Shown: piece after piece, positions 56,808-64,000 of the stretch
How the letters are laid out: each line of letters opens with the position of its first letter
Position numbering within the stretch: the stretch's first letter is position 1
Virus record (IMG/VR): IMGVR_UViG_3300028837_000933
Coordinates: 1 to 64,000 of that record
From: a virus
Direction: 5' to 3' (one strand)
Length of the DNA stretch: 64,000 nt
The notes under the pieces: generated by a model
Seen by the model: the letters and a program-made list of their open reading frames with translations, nothing else
Told to the model about the DNA's origin: nothing
Database searches by the model: none
Made by a program: the position numbers and the translations under genes

Positions 56808-57465
56808 TGGCCTCCACGATCCTTTCGTAGCCATGGGCAACGCCGTTGATTGCCTCCATTCTTACCCTGTTTGCTTCAATGAGCTTTTCAACCATCTGGT
56901 GCATACAAACGTCAGTTAGGTACATCGCCACGGCTACGAAGTAGTAGGTAAGAATCGTGTACAGCAACTGCGCTCCTCCCAAGAACCACTCGGCCAGAAA
57001 GATCAGCACCGTCTGAAACGCCAGTACAGGCAAGATAGCCTTGGGGGGTAGCACTGCGCCAGCCACAATCAACGCGACCATAAAGTAGATCAGATACCTG
57101 CCCGAACTCACAGCCTCCGCATCGTGAAGTACCATTATTGACATGGCCAGTAACGTGGCGAGGAAAATCACCGCGCTAGTAGGATACCGCAGACCACTCA
57201 CCAAAAGGCACACCAACACGATTAGTTGCAGCGCCCCCGCAGCCAGCAAAAGCCTCGCCTCCTGCCACGTCTCAGCGCCACTCCCAAAGCGCACCACGGT
57301 CACGATGAGAATGCCCACCGAGAAGACAACTGACCAATGAACGAGCACTCGCAGGAGCGCGAGTTGGCGACTGGCGTGCGTGCTCACTTCCAAACAGGGC
57401 GGCCCTGAAGGAAGGAACCAATTGCGCAACTTACTCCGGACTAAAACATACTCAGGAGGCATCAT
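56671..57465 (-). CDS. multi-pass membrane protein (about 6 TM)
   Basis: Consecutive hydrophobic segments; 3' tail overlaps the next gene by about 137 nt. Confidence 0.7.
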   Translation of the reverse strand: MMPPEYVLVRSKLRNWFLPSGPPCLEVSTHASRQLALLRVLVHWSVVFSVGILIVTVVRFGSGAETWQEARLLLAAGALQLIVLVCLLVSGLRYPTSAVIFLATLLAMSIMVLHDAEAVSSGRYLIYFMVALIVAGAVLPPKAILPVLAFQTVLIFLAEWFLGGAQLLYTILTYYFVAVAMYLTDVCMHQMVEKLIEANRVRMEAINGVAHGYERIVEANDRAPRHGPVSGPERPPPSHGTKGAIGDRTPCGFSDLARDARPST

Positions 57466-57469
57466 TCCC

Positions 57470-57742
57470 CTACCTCTCTTTACAGTCCACCAAGAACGAG
57501 CGATCGTCTCCACCGCCGCCCGTGAAGGTTACGCGATTGGTCACTCGGTACACCTGCCCAGCTGTCCCACCGCTGATCCAAATCGCGGTCGCCGTATCGC
57601 TGTAGGTCGATGACTCCTCATTCAGACCGGAAGGCATTATCCAGGTGCTTCCACTGAGCGTGTCGCTACCCAGCCAGGTCTCCCAATTGAAACCATAGGG
57701 CAGTTCCGCATCCGGGTCTTTTGGAACAATCGGCAGGGCCAT
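57470..57742 (-). CDS. fibre adaptor-like protein (Gp77-like)
   Basis: KDPDA.L.Y.F.W..WL..DT...STW...W.SGGTAG..Y.VTN.V....DDRSF. Confidence 0.75.
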   Translation of the reverse strand: MALPIVPKDPDAELPYGFNWETWLGSDTLSGSTWIMPSGLNEESSTYSDTATAIWISGGTAGQVYRVTNRVTFTGGGGDDRSFLVDCKER

Positions 57743-57746
57743 GGGT

Positions 57747-60731
57747 CTACCTCACTTCAAACACACGGATCTCAGCCGGCACATCGAAGACGCGAAGTTC
57801 AGCCGGCACAAGGAAATAATCGGCCACGTTCATCAATAAGAGCGGAACAGTATCAGGCGTCACGCTCGCGGCGTGTATCAGGGCTGCAAAGTTTGCCTCC
57901 CCCACGGTGAGAACCACGTCATCGGGCGTGCTCGAGACAGCGCTCAGCACTGCGGCTAGGTTCGTTGCTAGGTCCAGATTAGCTGTCGGCGTGGTCGACT
58001 GAGCGGCAATGATAGCCGCCATGCGGAAGATGATCCCCAGCATGGCAGTATCGGGAGTGATGGACCCCGTGGCTATCGCTGCGACATAGGCTCTAGTAAC
58101 CGCCAGCACTACCGTATCGGGCGTGCTGCTGTCAACACCAACCGCCGCGGCTATCGGCAGCACCAGCCCCAGGATCGCATCGGGCGTTGTCGAAACCGCA
58201 TCCAAGGACGCCGTCATCGCCATGACGGCGGTCATGTCTACTGTGTCGGGCGTAGTCGATGCAGCCTCCAGCGATGCGACCATCTCCCGGCTAACTGCCA
58301 ATGGCACCGTGTCGGGCGTTGTGGTCGCGCTATCCAGAGCCGCCGCGAATGACTTGATGATGTCCAGCGAAATGTTGTCGGGCGTGGTGGATGCGGCCAA
58401 AATCAGCGCATCATCGAAACTCGGTTGTCGGTCGAGCGATGCAGTATCAGGCGTTGTTGAGACTGCGTCCAGGGAAGCCGTCATCTTCATGACGGCAGTC
58501 ATGTCTACGGTGTCGGGCGTGGTGGAAACCGCGGCAATGGTGGCCGCGAAAAGAATATCAGCCTCCACGTCCAGTTCCACGGTGTCGGGCGTGGTGGAAG
58601 CCGTATCGATGGCAGCGGAGTACTTCCTGGACACAGCCAGTTCAAACGTGTCGGGTGTGGTTGACACCGCATCCAGGGACGCGACCATCTCCCGGCTAAC
58701 TGCCAATGGCACCGTGTCCGGCGTGGTCGTGGCCGTGTCGATGGACGCAACCAAGCTCGGTTGTCGGTCGAGCGCAACGGTATCCGGTGTGGTCGATGCG
58801 GCTACCGCTGATGCGGCCAGTTCGCAGAACACATCCAGGACTACGCTGTCCGGTGTCGTGCTGGCGGTGTCGATGGTAGCCGCGTACTCGCGAGTGACGG
58901 CCAGCGGCACCGTGTCGGGCGTGGTTGATACAGCCGCCAGGATCGCATCCAGTTCGCAGAACACATCCAGGACTACAACGTCCGGTGTGGTGCTCGCGGC
59001 AGCGGCCAGGGCCGCGAAGGTCTTTATGATCGTCAGCTCGACCGTGTCGGGCGTGGTGGAAGCCGTATCGATGGAAGCCGCGAGCTTCCTGGACACAGTC
59101 AGTTCAAACGCATCGGGTGTGGTGGATGCGGCCAAAATCAGTGCATCATCGAAACTCGGTTGTCTGTCGAGAGAGACCGTGTCCGGCGTGGTCGTGGCCG
59201 TATCGATGGCGGCCGCGAGTTTCCTTGTAATTGCCAAGGTAACGGCATCGGGAGTGGTGGAAACGGACGCCAGGATCGCATCCATCTCCACGAACACGTC
59301 CAGTTCCACGGTGTCGGGTGTCGTGCTGGCGGTGTCGATGGTAGCCGCGTACTCGCGAGTGACGGCCAGCGGCACCGTATCGGGTGTGGTTGAAACGGCC
59401 GCCAGCGTGGCATCCAGTTCGCAGAACACGTCCAGGACTACAACGTCTGGGGTTGTAGTCGCGGCAGCGGCGAGGGCTGCGAAGGTCTTTATGATCGTCA
59501 GTTCGGCGGTGTCGGGTGTTGTGGATGCGGCCAAAATCACCGCGTCATCGAAACTCGGTTGCCGATCGAGCGATGCGGTATCAGGCGTTGTTGAGACTGC
59601 GTCTAATGAAGCCGCAAACTCAATGGTGGCCGTGAGACCAACGTTATCGGGTGTGGTTGACGCTGCATCCAGTGTAGCGGCCAGTTCGATCACGGCGGTC
59701 AGGGCTACGGTGTCGGGCGTAGTCGATGCAGCCTCCAACGATGCGACCATCTCCCGGCTAACTGCCAATGGCACCGTGTCGGGTGTAGTCGCAGCCGCAT
59801 CGATGGCAGCCACGAACTCCCTAGTGACCGCCAGGGGCACGGTGTCGGGCGTGGTCGAAGCTGCGGTGATGACAGCCACGTACTCGCGCTGCACCGCCAG
59901 GGCTACGGTGGTAGGCGTAGTCGAAACAGCTGCACAGACCGCTGAGAAGTTGACATCCTGCCCAACATCCTCGTACAGCGCAGTGATCGCGCCTACCCAC
60001 TCAGAAGAAGAGGAGATCGTACCCGTGACCGTGTCGCCTGTTAGGGCCGTGGCCAGTCGGTACTCCAGCTGAACGGCCACGTTGGATTCGCCGGCGCCTG
60101 CTGTGCCCGACCCGATCGGTGTCCCTAGGTTGGTGTAATCGGCATCTGCGGAGACCGTGACGTTCGTCTTGTTCTGGATGCCCGTCACGTGCAGCATCAA
60201 GTAGTCGCGCTCGGTTAGACTGCTGATGGTCGTGCTTACACTGGTTCCGCTACCATTGGAGCCAGTATCAGCCTCTTCGGTAACGCTTCCAGCCGTGGAG
60301 AACTCCCAGACGCCGATCGCCCGTGCGTAGCAGCTGTGGTGCGTACCCGTGACGGTATCGCTGGCCGCGGTGGTCAGCGCGGTTGTCAGTTCGCTCATCC
60401 AGAGGCTGACGGTCACGCCATCGTTGGCAGAGCCAGATGACCGCGTCCACTCTACGAGTTTTGTGTAGGCGTTGGACTGGTCATCCTGGACCTGCGTGTG
60501 ATCCGTACTGGCACCGCTGGTGGTTGTGTTGTTGTCGGTGACGAGAACAACGATCGCAAGGTCTCCGACCGCTATGTCTGCTGTTACATCGACAGCAGAA
60601 GTAGTGCCGGTGGACCTAAATCCTGCGCCTCCTCGTTCTCCTTGGTAAGCAAATGCCATTTTCTTCGGTTTCTTGGGCTTCTTCGGTTTTTTAGGCTTTT
60701 TCTCCTCGGTGCGACCGAGTGGCGCCCACAT
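57747..60731 (-). CDS. long fibre protein with about 32 tandem 22-aa STTPD repeats (alternative start 60659)
   Basis: N-terminal beta domain, then A.IDAASTTPDTV.L-type repeats. Confidence 0.8.
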   Translation of the reverse strand: MWAPLGRTEEKKPKKPKKPKKPKKMAFAYQGERGGAGFRSTGTTSAVDVTADIAVGDLAIVVLVTDNNTTTSGASTDHTQVQDDQSNAYTKLVEWTRSSGSANDGVTVSLWMSELTTALTTAASDTVTGTHHSCYARAIGVWEFSTAGSVTEEADTGSNGSGTSVSTTISSLTERDYLMLHVTGIQNKTNVTVSADADYTNLGTPIGSGTAGAGESNVAVQLEYRLATALTGDTVTGTISSSSEWVGAITALYEDVGQDVNFSAVCAAVSTTPTTVALAVQREYVAVITAASTTPDTVPLAVTREFVAAIDAAATTPDTVPLAVSREMVASLEAASTTPDTVALTAVIELAATLDAASTTPDNVGLTATIEFAASLDAVSTTPDTASLDRQPSFDDAVILAASTTPDTAELTIIKTFAALAAAATTTPDVVVLDVFCELDATLAAVSTTPDTVPLAVTREYAATIDTASTTPDTVELDVFVEMDAILASVSTTPDAVTLAITRKLAAAIDTATTTPDTVSLDRQPSFDDALILAASTTPDAFELTVSRKLAASIDTASTTPDTVELTIIKTFAALAAAASTTPDVVVLDVFCELDAILAAVSTTPDTVPLAVTREYAATIDTASTTPDSVVLDVFCELAASAVAASTTPDTVALDRQPSLVASIDTATTTPDTVPLAVSREMVASLDAVSTTPDTFELAVSRKYSAAIDTASTTPDTVELDVEADILFAATIAAVSTTPDTVDMTAVMKMTASLDAVSTTPDTASLDRQPSFDDALILAASTTPDNISLDIIKSFAAALDSATTTPDTVPLAVSREMVASLEAASTTPDTVDMTAVMAMTASLDAVSTTPDAILGLVLPIAAAVGVDSSTPDTVVLAVTRAYVAAIATGSITPDTAMLGIIFRMAAIIAAQSTTPTANLDLATNLAAVLSAVSSTPDDVVLTVGEANFAALIHAASVTPDTVPLLLMNVADYFLVPAELRVFDVPAEIRVFEVR

Positions 60732-60869
60732 GCCTTATAGCCATACCTTTATCCCCCCCAGGAAGGCATGGCGCATCGGCCAGGGCTTACCGCATTGGAA
60801 AACCCTGGCCAGTCCAAGGACTTGCGCCTACCAATTGATGTGTATCCATGCCCAGCCTCCTTGTCGGAA

Positions 60870-61688
60870 CTAGGACATGGTGATGTCGAGATCCCCCGCG
60901 GGGAACTTTGCAGTGTCCCCGTTGTCAACGGCCTGATCGGTCATGCCGTTGTCATAGAAAAGGAGATCCCCGGCCGTCACGGCCGAACAGATGGCCACGG
61001 CTATGATGGTTCCCCAGTTGGCGGTGGCGGTGGTGAAGGTGATGTCATCGTTGTTGTCCACCAATCCAGCAGCGGCATTGTTCCAATCCGGTGCGGCTCC
61101 GCCATTCGGAGTCACTTGCTCCCTGGCGTACGAGCCACCACTGGGCTCGGTGATCGTGGAACCCGTCATACCGTCCGTGACCGGGTTCGTGATGATCAAG
61201 GCCACGTAGGTGTCGGGCGCCGCGTACGCCTGGTTGCGGAACATCAGATCCAGAAGGTCGATGCACAGGCTGTCGGAGATTTCGCCGGCGCTGAAGGTGA
61301 CATCGATCTCGCCGGAGGCGATGGATGGCGTGTTCCCGCTGACGATCGACTTGCCGGACGCGAACTGTCCGTGGGCGAGCATGTTTCCAGTCCCATGCGC
61401 ACTGGCGTCCACAATCGCCCAGTGGGTAACGGTTCCCCAGGAGCCCGTGGCCTCGGGGAACGTCACCGCGCCCGTCTGGTCCACGGCACGGCTGGCCGCA
61501 GCGGCAAACGTAATGGCGGTTCGGGCGTAGGAGCCCGAGTCGGCGCACTCGCTCATCGAGGCGCCCGTACCCGCATCCGTTGGGTCTGCGGTACAGAGCG
61601 CCACATACACTGTGGCAACGGGGCTGTACGCCGCGTTGCACACATGGTCGAGCAACTCAAGTTCTGCGTAGTCTGAAAGGCTTCCCAT
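60870..61688 (-). CDS. fibre-associated structural protein with two Gp80-like domains
   Basis: 2x LLD...YVAL...E...SYAR...TF..AT..WGT...G....G..D(V/I)T. Confidence 0.8.
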   Translation of the reverse strand: MGSLSDYAELELLDHVCNAAYSPVATVYVALCTADPTDAGTGASMSECADSGSYARTAITFAAAASRAVDQTGAVTFPEATGSWGTVTHWAIVDASAHGTGNMLAHGQFASGKSIVSGNTPSIASGEIDVTFSAGEISDSLCIDLLDLMFRNQAYAAPDTYVALIITNPVTDGMTGSTITEPSGGSYAREQVTPNGGAAPDWNNAAAGLVDNNDDITFTTATANWGTIIAVAICSAVTAGDLLFYDNGMTDQAVDNGDTAKFPAGDLDITMS

Positions 61689-61740
61689 TGTCTAGTCCTC
61701 CCTCTTATGATGGAAGCTACCTGAAAATCGCGTTGGAAGC

Positions 61741-61953
61741 TCAGCGCTTCCTCTTGCGTTTGCGTCTCTTGCCAATCTTCCTCATCTTCTTGGCGAAGGA
61801 CGCTCTTTGCCGGGTCTTCCGGCTCCGGCTCTTGAGACCTTTCGCGATGCAGGCGTTGGTCACGCCTCCGTAGCCCTGCCGCTTACAGTACGCCGTGAAG
61901 GCCCCTGGTTTCTTTACGGCACCTTGAATCCACTTCTTCTTTTTCTTGGCCAC
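61741..61953 (-). CDS. very basic small phage protein
   Basis: KWIQ.A.KKPGAF...RQRA.FAK; AGGAGG RBS. Confidence 0.7.
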   Translation of the reverse strand: MAKKKKKWIQGAVKKPGAFTAYCKRQGYGGVTNACIAKGLKSRSRKTRQRASFAKKMRKIGKRRKRKRKR

Positions 61954-61969
61954 CGTGTACCTCCTAGCT

Positions 61970-62268
61970 GAAACAAACGACTGGCTCCCTCGCTAGGCGA
62001 CCAACGCGACAGGGCCGCGTGCCCTATGGCACCCGGCCTATACCTTACAGAGAATGAAAGGATTTTGCACTGGGACGCACTGAAAGGCGGGCTTGTTCGG
62101 CCCGCTTCTCAAGCTCGTCACAGCACTCCAGGGCCATCTATCGACATACCGCACGGTCCCTCCCGATGTGCGAAGTGAGCCGGCGACCGTCTGGACTGCC
62201 TGTGACGGTGTGGTAGTGTGACGACCTTTCGGTCGCCGGCTCGCACTAATTCCCCACTAGGGGAGGAA
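61970..62268 (-). ncRNA. candidate structured RNA/regulatory region
   Basis: 13-bp stem 62177-62189/62230-62242, GAAA hairpin 62221-62236, hairpin 62087-62105. Confidence 0.4.
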
Positions 62269-62697
62269 CTACGTGATAGGCATGGCGTAGATGTAGACGC
62301 GGCCAGCGCCTACGTCATCGCCCGTGTCGTTATCAACGGGCGTAAGGGTCAGGACATCGCCAACATCGACATCCGCATAGGCATCATCGATAGTTCCGGC
62401 TGACACGAGCACATTGTCAGCGCCTGACCAGTCAAACGCATCGGTGATGGCGTTCGCGCCGTTTTTGAGCTGCAACGTATCGGACAGCTCTCCAGCCCCT
62501 CCGGTGTGGATGGCATCGACGCGGAAGATCCGACACTTGAACGCACAAGTCAGGGTCACATCGGCAGCAGCGCCCGATGCTACCTCCATATAGAAGCATA
62601 GCGGCAACTGGCCATCGCCTCTGGCCCCTGACGCCTTTCTTTCTACCTCGCCGGTTTTTGAACCCGCTGGAACATGGACGTGTTTCTTTCGAGCCAT
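62269..62697 (-). CDS. putative capsid decoration protein, paralog 2
   Basis: Highly similar to 62758-63189; AAGGAGG RBS. Confidence 0.65.
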   Translation of the reverse strand: MARKKHVHVPAGSKTGEVERKASGARGDGQLPLCFYMEVASGAAADVTLTCAFKCRIFRVDAIHTGGAGELSDTLQLKNGANAITDAFDWSGADNVLVSAGTIDDAYADVDVGDVLTLTPVDNDTGDDVGAGRVYIYAMPIT

Positions 62698-62757
62698 TAC
62701 ATCTACCTCCTTAGCCTCAAGACAGCTAGACTACCTCACGCCTCATACAAGCGATGC

Positions 62758-63189
62758 TTACGTGAGCGGCATGGCGTAGATGTAGACGCGACCGGCTCCC
62801 AGATCGCTGCCTGTGTCAAAGTCCACCGGGACTAGGGTCAGAACATCACCCACATCGACATCCGCATAGGCGTCATCGATGGTCCCAGCTGACACAACAA
62901 CGTTGTCGGCTCCCGACCAGTCCATGTCATCCGTGATGGCGTTGGTATCGCCGTTCTGGAGTGTCAGGGTATCGGAAGCCTCGCCGGCGCCGCCAGTATG
63001 GATGGCATCGACACGGAACACGCGGGCCTTGAACCGGGAAGTCAGGGTCACATTGGCAGCAACGCCCGCTGCCACCTCCATATAGAAGACGAGGGGAAGC
63101 TGCCCATCGCCCCTGGCCCCCGCGGCCTTTGCTACAACCTCGCCGGTTTTGGAACCGGCTGGTACGTGAACGTGTTTTGTACGAGCCAT
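62758..63189 (-). CDS. putative capsid decoration protein, paralog 1
   Basis: First gene after the capsid gene; AGGAGG RBS. Confidence 0.65.
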   Translation of the reverse strand: MARTKHVHVPAGSKTGEVVAKAAGARGDGQLPLVFYMEVAAGVAANVTLTSRFKARVFRVDAIHTGGAGEASDTLTLQNGDTNAITDDMDWSGADNVVVSAGTIDDAYADVDVGDVLTLVPVDFDTGSDLGAGRVYIYAMPLT

Positions 63190-63215
63190 TGCAATTGCCT
63201 CCTGGTCTCATAAAA

Positions 63216-63466
63216 GCCGGGAAGGGACGGACGCAGATTTGGGGGGGTGATGTGCCCGTTGGTTAGGCGGGCGGTGAGCGATCACCCCAACAAACTTTCG
63301 TTCGTGGGAATAGGAGTTTGACACATGCCCGATAGAGATCCACTAGACCCGGTTCCTCTATCGGCCACCACTGGCTGCTGGAGAACCGAATCCGTACAGG
63401 TCATGCAGGAGACTCCAGCGAGCCAGTGCGGCTATGGGTTTGTATGCCATCCATCCCTATCCCGGC
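63216..63466 (-). ncRNA. candidate multi-branch structured RNA (about 250 nt)
   Basis: 18-bp closing stem with G-U pairs on the - strand enclosing four hairpins. Confidence 0.6.
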
Positions 63467-63478
63467 AACGGTCCGTCA

Positions 63479-64000
63479 CTAGGACAGCACCACGTGGGCA
63501 GCCTTCTCCGGAACCGGGGAATCCGATCCGTTGAACTCTTCCACGTAGTACTGCTCCGCGGCCACCAGCTTCGCATTGGCTGTCGTCCCGTAGGGGCCGA
63601 ACAGCTGCCAGGGCTGCAAGACTCGGTGATGCACGATTTCGCGGTTGCCAACCACGGCATACCCATCGCGCATCTCGGTGGACTGAATGAGCGGCAGGCC
63701 CTTGATCCTGCCGATGAAGCCGTTGGCGTTGAGCATCGCATCGGCGCGAGTGCCAGCGGCGGTGAAGTTGTCCCAGTTGGACGCGACTTCGGCCTGGGTG
63801 GCGGACATGAGGATGAAGGTGGGGTCGTAGTAGCGGTTGATGATGCGGACCTTGGCTGTCCCCAGCCGTTCGATCAGGACATCGATGGTCTCGCTCGAGG
63901 AATCCCAGGCAAGGCCGGCGTTCGCGGGCACCTGGAGGGCGGCCGCGATGGCCATGTCGATCAGTTGCGCGTCGACGTACCTCTGGCACCGGCGGGTCAT
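63479..64000 (-). CDS. major capsid protein, C-terminal part (truncated by window)
   Basis: PTFILMS...GFIGRIKGLPLIQS.EM...AVVG HK97-fold-like pattern. Confidence 0.75.
   Translation of the reverse strand: MTRRCQRYVDAQLIDMAIAAALQVPANAGLAWDSSSETIDVLIERLGTAKVRIINRYYDPTFILMSATQAEVASNWDNFTAAGTRADAMLNANGFIGRIKGLPLIQSTEMRDGYAVVGNREIVHHRVLQPWQLFGPYGTTANAKLVAAEQYYVEEFNGSDSPVPEKAAHVVLS

Noticed and set aside
58123-60072. 649-aa + strand ORF (also 12945-13532 and 17801-18097 on -)
   Set aside because: Antisense shadows of repeat-coding genes whose codon usage leaves the opposite strand free of stops
12691-60731. Diversity-generating retroelement using the paired repeat genes
   Set aside because: No reverse transcriptase in the window, and the differences I compared are not adenine-specific
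1-64000. tRNA genes, CRISPR or TIGR arrays, stop-codon reassignment, IS elements
   Set aside because: No tRNA cloverleaf, regular repeat-spacer array or transposase seen by eye; genes are intact in the standard code and use all three stops

Overview
The window reads as a continuous 64 kb piece of a tailed dsDNA phage or prophage with siphovirus-like tail genes. I see no host housekeeping genes, integrase, terminase, reverse transcriptase, tRNA or CRISPR array. Bases 1-28862 are a + strand arm: a Ycf46-type AAA/DUF1257/DUF2997 triad, a ParB-like protein, a C5 methyltransferase with a second subunit overprinted in another frame, PAPS-reductase-like, ASCH, DUF5131, ThyX, XF1762 and Lar proteins, cell-wall enzymes, a PEP-CTERM-like surface protein and many small hypotheticals. 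Bases 28871-64000 are a convergent - strand morphogenesis arm: capsid 3' end, decoration/fibre genes, adaptor, portal, tail tube, frameshifting chaperones, tape measure and tail tip. The protein styles suggest a Chloroflexota (Anaerolineae/Caldilineae-like) host, which is an inference. The top candidate for a new system is an adjacent gene pair at 56106-56807. The upstream protein ends in, and the downstream protein begins with, the same 14-aa motif DVxGDLSGNIxGRD, conserved at protein but not codon level. This is the layout of amyloid-signalling pairs, here carried by a phage next to a multi-pass membrane gene. Also notable are three large structured intergenic RNA candidates, helically phased DNA repeat elements and a 1 kb dual-coding methyltransferase. 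All family assignments are by motif recognition; no searches were run.
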